DNA of 62,796 nt from an uncultured Bacilli bacterium (GTDB taxonomy: Bacteria; Bacillota_I; Bacilli_A; RF39; UBA660). The notes beneath the pieces were generated by a model. It had not been told where the DNA came from. It made no database searches and was given only the letters and a program-made list of their open reading frames with translations. How positions within the stretch are numbered: the stretch's first letter is position 1; every line of letters starts with the position of its first letter. The stretch lies in contig CALVIP010000003.1 of the NCBI GenBank assembly GCA_944331715.1, forward strand, positions 1 through 62,796. The letters run 5' to 3'. The position numbers were made by a program, and so were the translations under genes. Positions 49,234 through 60,291 of this stretch are shown here, piece after piece.

Positions 49234-49899
49234 TTATATAGCAAGTTTCTCTAAAGCATTTTTAGCAGCTAGTTGTTCTGCTTCCTTCTTACTGCTTCCT
49301 ACTCCTTCTCCATAGATAATACCATCTACTCTTACTTGCATTTTAAATGTTTTATCATGAGGAGGACCTGACTCTGAAATTAGTTCATAATAAAGACTCT
49401 TTTTAGTGGTTTGAACTGCCTCTTGTAAAGCAGATTTATAATCTGAGAAAAATGTTACATTAGGATTAGTAACATAAGGGACTATAATATCTAAAATAAC
49501 TCTTCTAACAGTGGCATAGCCAAGATCTAAGTAAATAGCACCCATAAAAGATTCAAAGATATCAGCAACTATAGCTTTCTTTAGTTTACCTCCATGTAAT
49601 TCCTCACCATGTCCTACTTTTATATAGTTATTTAGCCCAAGACCTAAAGAGTACTCATATAAAGCATTTTCACATACATAACTTGCTCTTACTTTAGTCA
49701 TAGTACCTTCATTTTCATTATGGTTACGATATAAGTAATCAGCCATGACTAAATCAACAACAGCATCTCCTAAAAACTCTAATCTCTCATAATCTTTTTT
49801 CGCTCTATGTTCATTAGCATATGATGAATGAGAAAATGCTACTTCATAAAGTTTTAAATTTTTAGGAGTTATATTTAATTTTTTAAATAATTCATCCAT
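49234..49899 (-). CDS. rnc: Ribonuclease III
   Basis: ERLEFLGDAV, ADIFES, dsRBD DYKSALQE...KKEAEQ. Confidence 0.97.
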   Translation of the reverse strand: MDELFKKLNITPKNLKLYEVAFSHSSYANEHRAKKDYERLEFLGDAVVDLVMADYLYRNHNENEGTMTKVRASYVCENALYEYSLGLGLNNYIKVGHGEELHGGKLKKAIVADIFESFMGAIYLDLGYATVRRVILDIIVPYVTNPNVTFFSDYKSALQEAVQTTKKSLYYELISESGPPHDKTFKMQVRVDGIIYGEGVGSSKKEAEQLAAKNALEKLAI

Positions 49900-50251
49900 T
49901 GATTATCACTTCTTTCCATATATCTTCTTTAAATCCAGTTAAAACAATAGTTTCTCCCACTAAAAGAGGCCTTTTAACAAGCATACCATCAGTAGATAAT
50001 AACTCTAACTTTTCATCAAGAGTCATGTTAGGTAATTTATCTTTTAGATGTAACTCTTTATATAAATTACCACTAGTATTAAAGAAAGTCTTTATATCTT
50101 TACCACTAACTTCAAGAAACTTTTTTAATTCATTCTTAGTAGGATTATCAGTTACGATATTTCTATCAGTATATTTAATATTATTATCATCTAAAAACTT
50201 TTTAGCTTTCCTACAAGTACTACACTTTGGATATTCTATAAATAAATACAT
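49892..50251 (-). CDS. ArsC/Spx-family protein
   Basis: YPKCSTCRKA, LVKRP; start refined to MYLF. Confidence 0.88.
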   Translation of the reverse strand: MYLFIEYPKCSTCRKAKKFLDDNNIKYTDRNIVTDNPTKNELKKFLEVSGKDIKTFFNTSGNLYKELHLKDKLPNMTLDEKLELLSTDGMLVKRPLLVGETIVLTGFKEDIWKEVIING

Positions 50252-50323
50252 AATGGTCCCTCTTTCCATACTTATTATACATAAATTTAAGACAAAAGAA
50301 AAGTAGTATTAAAAAACACATAA

Positions 50324-51538
50324 CTACATGTGCTTCTTATAATCAGAATCATTATTTTGTTTCATTTTTTCTAAATCATCTCTCATAATATATAATTCAA
50401 TTAAAATAATTACTCTTACATAGTCTTTATCTTCTAGCATTGAAGCAATTCCTCCAATTCTAGAAAGTTTTTTTAAACTTTTTATATAATCAAAAACTTC
50501 GTTATAAGTACTAGTAATAATTATTTTCTTGTGAGCATCTTTTTCTGATATAAATTGTTTTATATAATCTTGATGAACTGCTCTTCTCAATTCTCCTATA
50601 TGGTCTTTAATTATTATCATTTCTTCAATCATATTAATTTCATCATTAGTTTTGGAAAAAAGCTGTCCCTCATCAAAGTTTGTTTTTAAATTTATATATT
50701 CTTGAACGATTTCATCATCATCTGTTTTTTCTACTTTATCTTTTAGATCATTAATTTTATTTTGTAAGTAAAATGCTTGGGATATAAGCATAGCAATTTC
50801 TTCATTAATATCATTAAAGTAGTCCTTAACTATAGTAGAGAAATCTTCCAAATTTTGATGATGCCATTCAAGAATCTTGTTATATGCATTTTTCATTGTT
50901 GTATCTATCTCTGCTTTTGCAATATCATATCCAGCATAATATTTGTATTTTTCAGTTAATACTTCTATTTTTCTTAAAATTTCATTTTCAATACTATATT
51001 TTTCTTTTATACTTAATAATTGTTCATAAAATTCATCAAAACTACAGTTATAATTAACCCTATTAGTAACTTCTTTTTCATCAATATTATATCTTTGATA
51101 AAATTCATTTTGAAATTTTAAATACACTTTTAATATCTCTGTAAGTGAATTATTATAAGAACAATCAACTTCTCTAACTGTATTATACATTTTTGTTCCA
51201 AAAATTCTAATAATTTCATTTATATAAAAAACAATATTAGGAAAAAGTTGTCCATATTTTTTTATTTGATATTTCTTTAATCCTTCTATTTTCTCCAACT
51301 TATAATTTAAAACTAAATCTATATTTTCTTGATAATCACTTCTATCTTCGCTGTTTAATAATGTTTCATAGGCTATATTTATTTGTTTTAACTTCTCTTC
51401 AGCTTTTTTTCTTTCTTTATCATCTTTAAAATTATCTGGATGATATTTCTTTGCTAATTTACGATAAACTATTTTAAGTCCTTTTTCATCGTAACTACCA
51501 CTAATTTCTAAAATGCTTAAAGCCTCATAAACTGTCAT
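50324..51538 (-). CDS. J-domain protein with long helical C-terminus
   Basis: YRKLAKKYHPD...KLKQINIAYETL. Confidence 0.8.
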   Translation of the reverse strand: MTVYEALSILEISGSYDEKGLKIVYRKLAKKYHPDNFKDDKERKKAEEKLKQINIAYETLLNSEDRSDYQENIDLVLNYKLEKIEGLKKYQIKKYGQLFPNIVFYINEIIRIFGTKMYNTVREVDCSYNNSLTEILKVYLKFQNEFYQRYNIDEKEVTNRVNYNCSFDEFYEQLLSIKEKYSIENEILRKIEVLTEKYKYYAGYDIAKAEIDTTMKNAYNKILEWHHQNLEDFSTIVKDYFNDINEEIAMLISQAFYLQNKINDLKDKVEKTDDDEIVQEYINLKTNFDEGQLFSKTNDEINMIEEMIIIKDHIGELRRAVHQDYIKQFISEKDAHKKIIITSTYNEVFDYIKSLKKLSRIGGIASMLEDKDYVRVIILIELYIMRDDLEKMKQNNDSDYKKHM

Positions 51539-51656
51539 AATACTTGTCCCTTTCAGATTGTTTCATATTATATAATAAAATATGGTAACTGTCAAATTTA
51601 CAGTATCAAAAAAGAAGATTCTAAGTCTTCTATTTTTATTAAATATAGTTTTACTA

Positions 51657-52448
51657 CTATTCAAGATTTAATTTATTTTTAAGAATATAGTTAGTTATAG
51701 GAGTAATTATCGTTGTAATGATAATTACAAGTCCAATTAGTATTCCAAATAAGATATTAACTGATGATATTATTCCTATTTCATTATCTAGGCTTCTTAC
51801 AAAATCTGGATTAATTGTTCCAATAAAGACAAGAGCGAAAGTAAAGTACATCTCATAGATAACATAAAGAATGATGTAGGCAAGAAAACTAAAGCCTAGT
51901 TTATTAGTATTTTTTAATTGTCCTAAAGCGATAGATAAATAACATACAGCAAGTCCTGAAATATAGGCTACTATCATAAGAACTGCCATAAGGATAAACA
52001 TAATTACTCCATCCATTGGTATATCTTTAAAGAAGTTAGCAACACCATTTGCAAAACTACTCCATTCTCCATTACCTATTACTAGTATTATAATAGATAT
52101 AAACATAACAACAATACTTGATAACATAGTAGTTACACTTGTTATAAATTTAGATGTTATTATAGTACTTTTCTTAACAGGTAAAGTATTAATCAAATAT
52201 CCTCTTTCAGTGGCAAAATCTAAATAGAAATCTCTAATACTTAAGAAAAATGTTCCTATTACTAATACCATTAATATTACAATATAACTTAATATCATTA
52301 ATCCATTTAAAGTAGAAAATAAATTAGATGTATCACTTAAATTATTAAGGATAACTGTTAATATAGTAATAACTAATGTAATTAGATATATTGGTAGTAA
52401 AGTCTTATAAAGATTTTTAAAATCATATTTTAATAATTTACTTAACAT
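51657..52448 (-). CDS. ABC transporter permease
   Basis: Six TM segments, RGYLINTLPV. Confidence 0.85.
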   Translation of the reverse strand: MLSKLLKYDFKNLYKTLLPIYLITLVITILTVILNNLSDTSNLFSTLNGLMILSYIVILMVLVIGTFFLSIRDFYLDFATERGYLINTLPVKKSTIITSKFITSVTTMLSSIVVMFISIIILVIGNGEWSSFANGVANFFKDIPMDGVIMFILMAVLMIVAYISGLAVCYLSIALGQLKNTNKLGFSFLAYIILYVIYEMYFTFALVFIGTINPDFVRSLDNEIGIISSVNILFGILIGLVIIITTIITPITNYILKNKLNLE

Positions 52449-53137
52449 TTAAATTCCTCTCTAAATAAATCATTAATAGACATATTAGTTTCTTTTCTAA
52501 TATCATCTGTACTACCACTTCTTACGACTTTACCATTCTTTAAAAATATAACTTCATCTAATACTTTCTCTAAATCACTAATTAAGTGAGTTGAAATAAG
52601 TAGTGAAGCATCATTACTAAAATTAGTTAATATTGTATTAATGATATAATCTCTTGCAGCAGGATCTATCCCACCAATAGGTTCATCTAAAATATATAGT
52701 TTCGCTTTCCTACTCATAACAAGTATTAATTGTACTTTTTCTTTAGTACCTTTAGACATTGTCTTTAATTTCTGATTTAAATCTAGATCTAACTTACCTA
52801 TTAACTCTTTCGCTTTATCTATTCTAAAGTCTTCATAAAAGTCTTTAAAATAGTTAAGTAACTCTAATACTGTCATATTATTATTTAAATAATTTTTATC
52901 AGGTAAGTAAGAGATTAACTTCTTAGTTTCAACTCCAAGGTCTAGTCCTTCTACTTTAATAGAACCAGAATCTTCTTTTAATAAATCATTTATTAATTTG
53001 ATAAGAGTTGTCTTTCCACTACCATTAGGTCCTAAAAGTCCTACGATTTTACCTTTAGGAATGCTAAAAGTAACATCATCTAATACTCTATTAGCACCAT
53101 AACTTTTACTTACATGACTAACTTCTAATAAAGCCAT
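52442..53137 (-). CDS. ABC transporter ATP-binding protein
   Basis: GPNGSGKT, MSKG, LDEP. Confidence 0.92.
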   Translation of the reverse strand: MALLEVSHVSKSYGANRVLDDVTFSIPKGKIVGLLGPNGSGKTTLIKLINDLLKEDSGSIKVEGLDLGVETKKLISYLPDKNYLNNNMTVLELLNYFKDFYEDFRIDKAKELIGKLDLDLNQKLKTMSKGTKEKVQLILVMSRKAKLYILDEPIGGIDPAARDYIINTILTNFSNDASLLISTHLISDLEKVLDEVIFLKNGKVVRSGSTDDIRKETNMSINDLFREEFKC

Positions 53138-53496
53138 TAAATTTCACTCTCCTTTAGTATTTTCTTAATATCAGCATCACTATATCCTAAAGATTTTAAA
53201 TTATTAATAAAATCTTGATATAGACTCTTTGCAAGTAATCTTTTCTCTTTTAAGATAAACTCTCTATTTTCAGTAACATATTTACCACTAGTTCTAACTG
53301 TATAAATAAATCCCTCTTCTTCTAAACCTTGTAAAGCTTTCTGCATTGTATTAGGATTTACTTGATATTTAAGAGCAAAGTCACGAACAGAAGGTATTTT
53401 ACTGCTAGGTAATAACTCTCCTTTAAATATCTCTTTCTTAATTATTTCTTCTAGTTGTAAATAGATAGGTTTATCATTATCAAAAACATAACTTAT
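53137..53496 (-). CDS. GntR (YtrA-subfamily) regulator
   Basis: PIYLQL, PSVR, VNPNTMQKA; start inferred at ATA 53496 behind RBS GAGGTG. Confidence 0.85.
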   Translation of the reverse strand: MSYVFDNDKPIYLQLEEIIKKEIFKGELLPSSKIPSVRDFALKYQVNPNTMQKALQGLEEEGFIYTVRTSGKYVTENREFILKEKRLLAKSLYQDFINNLKSLGYSDADIKKILKESEI

Positions 53497-53513
53497 AATT
53501 ATCACCTCTTTTT

Positions 53514-53562
53514 TGTATTGCTTGCTTAATACAGTTATACAATAAACATATGATAATGTCAA
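53514..53562 (-). promoter_or_regulatory. Promoter and YtrA-like operator
   Basis: TTGACA-17-TATAAC followed by TGTA-N12-TACA palindrome. Confidence 0.65.
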
Positions 53563-53631
53563 GAAAATTATTATTTTAATTGAACTATTTATAATCCTTA
53601 GATATAATAAATGACATAAGGAGAAAAACGT

Positions 53632-55197
53632 ATGACAAAAAATGAATTAAGACAGAAAATAGGTATTAAAGATATATATAGAAATGATGATTATACTTTT
53701 GTATATTTAGATAATGAACAAAAATTATTAGTTAAAGATGAGAAAATATATGATATTTCCGAGTATGACTCTTTTCATAAAGTTATTACTATGAATAATA
53801 TAGATTATGTTCTTGTATCTAAAGACTATTCTTTATCTTTAGTTAATTTAGAAACTAAAGATATAGTCTTTGAAGATGACAAAGCCTATGAGGTAAATAA
53901 GGTAGATGATAAATGTCTAAAAGTAATTATGAAAATAGGTGGTGGTGATGATAGTATTTATAACATTGAGACAAAAGAATATTTAAGTATCCCTACTGAT
54001 TATGAATTTGAACATTCTTTAGAAAATAATTTATATGTTTATAGTGAAAAAAGCAAAAATTTTGAAAAAGAGTTTTTAGATAGAAAAAGAGTTGTTCTTA
54101 ATGCTAATGGTAAAGTATTATTAAAAGATATTACAGGTTGGATTAATTATTGTGGTAATTATTTAGTAATTAACAATGATGATAAAATAAGGATTATTAA
54201 TTTAAATGATAAAGGTAACATAGAAGAAAAGACAGTAGAATTTAATAAAAACTTACTTATTAAGCCAATATTTTATGATGAAAAAATAGTATTAGTTAAA
54301 AATGAATTAATAGAAATATATGATTTAGATTTAGAGTTAATTAACAGTATTGAAGTAAATGATTTAAATAACGTTGTAGATTATGAACTTACTAACAACA
54401 CATTAAAATTTTGTATTTCCTATCAAGCTACTAATAAATACCTTTTTGTTAATTTAAAAAATGGAAAGACTATCTCTCATGTTAGAATAGAGCCATATCC
54501 ATGGTGGATTCCTACTACTTATATAGGAAGAGAAAAAATAGATGATGAAGAACAAGACTATTACTTTTATGATGAAGAATTTAATTTAAGAAAGAAAATA
54601 AATGGTAAAAAGGTTTATAGCATTGACTGTAAAAAAGAGTGTATGTTTTATATAGAAAGTGATAATAGAAAACAATTTCTTAATATGGAAACAGGCTTAC
54701 TAAAAGATGTTCCTTATGATTATATGTATTTTCATTTATCCCTTCCCTATGGTTATGGAGTAAACTTTGATACAGAAACGATGGACTTTTTTGATGAAGA
54801 GTTAAATGTCATTATAAAAGATTTTAATTATAAGAAATATAATATAAGCCCCTCACACACAGAGTTCGGTTATTTTATAATAAAGGATTATCTATGTATT
54901 TCAAAACATGTTGTTGATGGTCGTGGCTTATCTCACTTTAGAAAAATAATTGAAAGAAACGGAGGACAAGTTATATTAGATGCCTATGACTGTAAAATTT
55001 ATCCTTTAGGTAACTATATTCAAATAATTAAAGATGGAGAGACTAAATATTTTAATACTGAAGTTGATAAGTTTACTCCCCTTTCTATCATGGCTCCTGT
55101 TAATGAAAAAGGAAAAATAGATATTACTGAACAATCTACTTTAAAAGAATCTTTATCATTAATAGATAAAGGATTTCAAAAAACTAAGAAACTATAA
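53632..55197 (+). CDS. Hypothetical beta-rich repeat protein
   Basis: 521 aa; RBS AAGGAG; repeated short beta-like units. Confidence 0.7.
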   Translation: MTKNELRQKIGIKDIYRNDDYTFVYLDNEQKLLVKDEKIYDISEYDSFHKVITMNNIDYVLVSKDYSLSLVNLETKDIVFEDDKAYEVNKVDDKCLKVIMKIGGGDDSIYNIETKEYLSIPTDYEFEHSLENNLYVYSEKSKNFEKEFLDRKRVVLNANGKVLLKDITGWINYCGNYLVINNDDKIRIINLNDKGNIEEKTVEFNKNLLIKPIFYDEKIVLVKNELIEIYDLDLELINSIEVNDLNNVVDYELTNNTLKFCISYQATNKYLFVNLKNGKTISHVRIEPYPWWIPTTYIGREKIDDEEQDYYFYDEEFNLRKKINGKKVYSIDCKKECMFYIESDNRKQFLNMETGLLKDVPYDYMYFHLSLPYGYGVNFDTETMDFFDEELNVIIKDFNYKKYNISPSHTEFGYFIIKDYLCISKHVVDGRGLSHFRKIIERNGGQVILDAYDCKIYPLGNYIQIIKDGETKYFNTEVDKFTPLSIMAPVNEKGKIDITEQSTLKESLSLIDKGFQKTKKL

Positions 55198-55230
55198 CAA
55201 AAAGATGCTTTCAAAATCATAAGCATCTTT

Positions 55231-56820
55231 TTAATTCTTTAATTTAAAAGTTTTAGGGGCATAGTAATATATTAAGATTAAAGATATTATAGAATAAAGT
55301 ACTACAAAGATTATCATAATGATTCCAAAGATAAATGAAGACACCTCTATTTTTGAAATATAGTAACACGCCCAATAAGTTATTATACTTGCAATTGTAT
55401 AAGTAGTACTTTTCATTTCCATTCCAATATTATAAGGTTGTAACAAATAATATAAGACTAAGTTATGAATAGAAAAGAAAATAGACATTGAAATAATTGA
55501 TAGTATTATAATTATATAATTTATTGGATTAGTTGTCCCACCACTTAAATATAATAGTATTGCAAGAATTAAAGCAAGAACTGTAGTTGGTAATAAGTTA
55601 ATAACTATTACAGTTTTAAGTCTTTCTTTAAATAAAGATAAAACTATCTTAGGTTCCCTATAAAACCTATAGAATAACATAGAATGATCACAGTTCATAA
55701 ACATAGCATTAGTAATATTTTTACCAGTATTAATAAAATACATTAAGAATAACATATAAGGTAAAAGTAATAAAGCAAATGTATTAATACCTTGTTTTAA
55801 GACAGGAATAAAGAATATAAGTATTCCTAAAACTATTCCTATTATCAAGATAAACATAGTCGTTTTTTTAGCACTATCAATTAAGATTTTCCTATGACGT
55901 TTTACAAATAAATCGTGAAAATAAGCGAAACCACTCTTATCACTAGTTATACCCTTATCAAGAGTAATCTGTTCTCTACTCGTTTTAGTAATTAATTCAG
56001 TATTATTAGAAGTATTTGTAACAAAAATATTATCTTGTTTTAATAATTCTTTACATAGATATTGATAATTATTATAAGTTAATACTTTTCTAAAAGATAT
56101 TATTCCTAATATTAAAGTAATAATAAAAACTATATAGAAAACATTAACAGGTATTACTAAATTATAGTATGGTAATAAATACCCTATTAATAAAAGTGCT
56201 ATTATTAAACCAAAGTATAAAGTCCAAGACTTAGGTTTATTCTCATTTATAATGATATTTTTCTTTTTCATGCGATAAAAATAAAATACTACAGCAATTG
56301 ATTTAACACTTACAGTAAATAATACTAACATTAGGGCTTGATACCAAGTAATAACATTAAAGAATAATAGTATTAAAGATACTAATTGTCCTATAACAGT
56401 ACTTCCTAAAAAATAAATAAAGTTAGGAATAATATAGTCTTTCGCCCTCATTTTCATTAAGACTATTAAATAGTATTTATCTCTTGTGGGATTGAATATT
56501 TCTGTATTAGAAAAACTTCCAATTAAGGCTAGAAATATATAAATATGTATTATGTAACTAACATCAAAACCTTTATAAAGAGTTAAAGGTAATAACAAGA
56601 ATATATATATGTATAGTAGTTTATAACCAAAAGTCCTAATTATTTCTCTTATAATAAATATTATAAAACTAATTACTTTAAAACTATTAAAGCTATAGAA
56701 CTTAGTAGGTATTATTTTACCTATTAAAGGTAATTTACTAATACCATAGATAATCTGATTAACAGTATAAGCATTCTTTACTTTTAAAGATATTAAAAAG
56801 TTATTAAGCATCTTCTTCAC
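55231..56820 (-). CDS. Multi-TM ABC permease
   Basis: About 12 hydrophobic segments; coupled to an ATPase gene. Confidence 0.8.
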   Translation of the reverse strand: MKKMLNNFLISLKVKNAYTVNQIIYGISKLPLIGKIIPTKFYSFNSFKVISFIIFIIREIIRTFGYKLLYIYIFLLLPLTLYKGFDVSYIIHIYIFLALIGSFSNTEIFNPTRDKYYLIVLMKMRAKDYIIPNFIYFLGSTVIGQLVSLILLFFNVITWYQALMLVLFTVSVKSIAVVFYFYRMKKKNIIINENKPKSWTLYFGLIIALLLIGYLLPYYNLVIPVNVFYIVFIITLILGIISFRKVLTYNNYQYLCKELLKQDNIFVTNTSNNTELITKTSREQITLDKGITSDKSGFAYFHDLFVKRHRKILIDSAKKTTMFILIIGIVLGILIFFIPVLKQGINTFALLLLPYMLFLMYFINTGKNITNAMFMNCDHSMLFYRFYREPKIVLSLFKERLKTVIVINLLPTTVLALILAILLYLSGGTTNPINYIIIILSIISMSIFFSIHNLVLYYLLQPYNIGMEMKSTTYTIASIITYWACYYISKIEVSSFIFGIIMIIFVVLYSIISLILIYYYAPKTFKLKN

Positions 56821-57511
56821 CTTTTAAGATATTAATTATTTTATTCTTTAATTCTTTATCTGTTAGTTCATCTCTTTTTATTTCTAAAAGTTCCCCCTTA
56901 TTTAGAACTACTATCTCATCACATAAATCTAGAGCAAGTTCCATAATATGAGTAGAAAAGATAAGAATTCTATTCTTTTTCATTTTCTTTAATAACTCTT
57001 TCATCTCTTCTGCTACTACAACATCAAATGATGTTAAAGGCTCATCTAATAATAAAATATTAGGACTTGCTATTAAATAGATCAACATCTGCATTTTATT
57101 CTTCATACCATGAGAATAATCTTTCATAAGCTTATCTCTATCTTCTTTATCTATTTTAACTATATCAAAATATTCATCTATAGTTTTTAAGTCTTTAATG
57201 TTATCTTTATTAATATCTATAAAGTATTTTAAAAACTCTCTTCCTGTTAGAAATTCAGGTACTACAGGTGTTGATAGAACATAACCTATATCACTACTTT
57301 CTATTTTTTTATCAGACTTGCCATCACTTAAATAAAACTCTCCACTATCACACTTTAAATCTTCATTTAAGCAGTTAAAAAAAGTAGTCTTTCCTGCTCC
57401 ATTTCTTCCTAATAATCCATAAATCTTACCACTTTCAAAAGTAAAATTAATATTTTTAAGTACACACTTTTTATCAAAGCTTTTATTTAGATTTTCTATC
57501 ACTAACTTCAT
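56804..57511 (-). CDS. ABC transporter ATP-binding protein
   Basis: GRNGAGKT, YSHGM, LLDEP. Confidence 0.92.
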   Translation of the reverse strand: MKLVIENLNKSFDKKCVLKNINFTFESGKIYGLLGRNGAGKTTFFNCLNEDLKCDSGEFYLSDGKSDKKIESSDIGYVLSTPVVPEFLTGREFLKYFIDINKDNIKDLKTIDEYFDIVKIDKEDRDKLMKDYSHGMKNKMQMLIYLIASPNILLLDEPLTSFDVVVAEEMKELLKKMKKNRILIFSTHIMELALDLCDEIVVLNKGELLEIKRDELTDKELKNKIINILKGEEDA

Positions 57512-57717
57512 AATAACTCCTCATTTCTTTTTAAGTCTATCATAGATGAAATTAAATGACAATATCTATAATTTTTACTTAAAATTATATCTTATACAGT
57601 GGTAAAAATTACCAGTAAAAACTTTATATTTTTAATTGTTATAAGATATATAATATGTTACTATATATTTAGGAACATTTAATAGTTGGGTGGGGCCTCA
57701 GAAAGGAGGTCGATATA

Positions 57718-57801
57718 ATGAACAAGAAAAATTCATTGATCGTTGCTTTAGTAGTTATAATCCTTTTCCAAAATCTATTACTGCTTTTAGCTTTAATATA
57801 G
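57718..57801 (+). CDS. Type I toxin-like peptide, locus 4 (27 aa)
   Basis: MNKKNSLIVALVVIILFQNLLLLLALI*; RBS AGAAAGGAGG; promoter TTGTTA-17-TACTAT (57636-57664); arms 57670-57681 and 57875-57886. Confidence 0.75.
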   Translation: MNKKNSLIVALVVIILFQNLLLLLALI

Positions 57802-57950
57802 AAAAGCCACCTAACTCACAGCGTTGAATTAGGTGGAACAACAATTATATAGGTTTCACTCAACACGGTAATACTAAGTGTTCCTACTTTTTTATTTTAT
57901 GCAAATTTCTTTGACATATTAATAGTATCACAAAATATTATATTTTTCAA
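57802..57950 (-). ncRNA. Antisense antitoxin RNA and promoter, locus 4
   Basis: TTGAAA-17-TACTAT (57922-57950); terminator CCACCTAATTCAACGCTGTGAGTTAGGTGG-CTTTT. Confidence 0.6.
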
Positions 57951-57960
57951 GTTATAGAGA

Positions 57961-58860
57961 TTAAAAACTACTATAATATTTCTCTATTTTATAGTTATTT
58001 ATAATATCTTTACTTATCTTAAGATTACCTCTACCAACGCCAAGATTATGATTTTCTTTATTAGTACCATGATAGTCACTTCCACCTGATATTAAAAGAT
58101 TTCTTTTCTTTACAAAATCAAGTAAATAATTAGTTTGTTCTTCACTAAACGTTGTATAAAAACACTCTACTCCATCTAAAGCAACTTCATTATAAAGTTT
58201 ATCTAGAAAGTTTTCTGTATCAGTAAATTTATATTGATAAGGATGGGCTAAGAAAGCAATACCACTGTTTTCATGGATAAGTTTTACTATTTCTTTGATA
58301 GAAGGTTTAAACTCAGCATGATTTATAAACAATTTACTTTTAGGATTAGTTAATCCTTTTCTATAGAAATTACTAAAAGATGCCCAAATGTCTTCTTTTA
58401 GTTTTTCTTTATTATTTTCGTATTTTACTAATTCTTCATATATTCCACGTTCAAAAAACTCATTTGCAAACTTTTTATCTCTCACTCTTTCAAGATGAAA
58501 CTCTAAATTAAGTTCTTTTATTTTATCAAGTAATCTATTATAAAGAATATTGGTCCTTTTATTAACCAACTCATCACTATAAAACTCTTCTAAATATTTA
58601 TTAACATTTTTATAATCAAAACCATAACCTAATACTTCTATTAATCTATTATCAAAACTAGTAGTAAATTCACATCCTACTAATACATCTCCTTTATATA
58701 TTTCTTTTACATTAAACTTTTCCATTTCAAAATAAGCATTACAATTATTATGATCTGTTATAGAAATAACTTCTAAACCTAAAGACTCAGCTTTCTCTAA
58801 TAGTTCTTTAACTGTATCTGTTCCATCAGAATAAGTTGTATGCATATGTAAATCTATCAT
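57961..58860 (-). CDS. PHP-domain metallophosphoesterase
   Basis: DLHMHTTYSDG, ITDHN, LAHP, GGSDYHG. Confidence 0.92.
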   Translation of the reverse strand: MIDLHMHTTYSDGTDTVKELLEKAESLGLEVISITDHNNCNAYFEMEKFNVKEIYKGDVLVGCEFTTSFDNRLIEVLGYGFDYKNVNKYLEEFYSDELVNKRTNILYNRLLDKIKELNLEFHLERVRDKKFANEFFERGIYEELVKYENNKEKLKEDIWASFSNFYRKGLTNPKSKLFINHAEFKPSIKEIVKLIHENSGIAFLAHPYQYKFTDTENFLDKLYNEVALDGVECFYTTFSEEQTNYLLDFVKKRNLLISGGSDYHGTNKENHNLGVGRGNLKISKDIINNYKIEKYYSSF

Positions 58861-58863
58861 TAT

Positions 58864-59343
58864 TTATTCTCCTTTATATATTTTTAAAGCATCCCCTAAT
58901 ATATCACCGTATTTTTCAAGATAGTTTTTAGTATGTTCTGTCATGTTAGATGGTAAGTTATCTACATTAAACCACTCTAACTTTTTACTTTCATTATCAT
59001 TAACCATCAAATCTCCACTATATTTCTTTACTACATAGATAGCAGTTATATCATATAATTTATCTCCATTAGGATATTCTCTATATGTATCTTTTCCTGA
59101 TAACACTTTAACCATCTCTAAATCTATAATATCTAAGTTAGTTTCTTCTTTTAATTCACGTCTTGCCACATCTTCAAAGCTTTCACCTAATTCCATCGCT
59201 CCACCTGAAAAACCATACTGATTATAATTCGTTCTAAGTTGCATAAGCACTTTATCTTTATCATTAAAAACAAATAGAAGAACTCCTGCTGTTAAGATTG
59301 GATTATGTCCTACATACTTTCTTAAATCTTTTATATAACTCAT
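58864..59343 (-). CDS. NUDIX hydrolase
   Basis: GGAMELGESFEDVARRELKEET Nudix box. Confidence 0.92.
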   Translation of the reverse strand: MSYIKDLRKYVGHNPILTAGVLLFVFNDKDKVLMQLRTNYNQYGFSGGAMELGESFEDVARRELKEETNLDIIDLEMVKVLSGKDTYREYPNGDKLYDITAIYVVKKYSGDLMVNDNESKKLEWFNVDNLPSNMTEHTKNYLEKYGDILGDALKIYKGE

Positions 59344-59855
59344 ACTAATTCCTTTCTCATTATATATCTAATTTTACCACCATACATTAACTTTTCTTTA
59401 TATTTTTTGTAACCTGCCTTCTCTAATGTTTTAAGACTTGCTAAATTATCAGGATGAACAGTCGCATAAGAGTATTTTATACTATTATCTCTTTCTTTCA
59501 TTATAGACTCTGCTTTTAAAATTAAAATCTCTTGTAAATGATTTCCTCTATATTTTGGTAATACTCCAGCATTATCCATCTCAATAGATGAAGATAATTC
59601 ATCTTTAGGTATTTCTTCTGCAAGTTCACTATTAGGATTAATATGTCGCTCTGCTATTAGAAAACCTACTAATTCATCTTTATATAAGGCTTTAACAATA
59701 ATAGCATTATCTTCTAGTTTCTTTAATATCTTATCATATTCCATTAAATCAATAGAATACCATTCTTTATGTTCCAAATTTTCATAAATTGTTTTACAAA
59801 CTTCAATAATCTTTTCTATATCATTAATATTTCCTTCTTTAATTATAAAATTCAT
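59340..59855 (-). CDS. GNAT acetyltransferase
   Basis: GVLPKYRGNHLQ, VHPDNLAS. Confidence 0.88.
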   Translation of the reverse strand: MNFIIKEGNINDIEKIIEVCKTIYENLEHKEWYSIDLMEYDKILKKLEDNAIIVKALYKDELVGFLIAERHINPNSELAEEIPKDELSSSIEMDNAGVLPKYRGNHLQEILILKAESIMKERDNSIKYSYATVHPDNLASLKTLEKAGYKKYKEKLMYGGKIRYIMRKELV

Positions 59856-59865
59856 TTATTCCTCC

Positions 59866-60291
59866 CTAAAATGGATAATTAAAAACTTCATTATCATAAT
59901 CATCCATAACTTCTAAAAAATAATCCATATTATTTTTTATATCTTTGCATAACTCTTCATATAATTCACTACTAATATGGTTATTCTCACTCATACACTT
60001 ATAAAACTTCTTAATACTAGAAGCATTTTCTTTGATAGATGTTTTACTAGACCACATACATTTTCTAATAAACCAGTCACTTAAAAATGTATATACTTCT
60101 AAAGGACCATCTTCCATTTTAGTAGGTTCATAATAATTTAAAAAATCATTTAGAAAAAACTCCATATTACTTAAATGTTTCCCTATTGTCTTATCAGTTA
60201 ATCCTTTATCTTCTAAATACTTTTCAAACTCTAAAAGAAATTTTTCATTTCTTTTAACATTTTTATTAACTTCTTTTTCATAATTATCCAT
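59866..60291 (-). CDS. Hypothetical protein resembling an integrase N-terminal SAM-like domain
   Basis: FEKYLEDKGLTDKTIGKHLSN...SSIKKFYK; no catalytic domain. Confidence 0.5.
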   Translation of the reverse strand: MDNYEKEVNKNVKRNEKFLLEFEKYLEDKGLTDKTIGKHLSNMEFFLNDFLNYYEPTKMEDGPLEVYTFLSDWFIRKCMWSSKTSIKENASSIKKFYKCMSENNHISSELYEELCKDIKNNMDYFLEVMDDYDNEVFNYPF

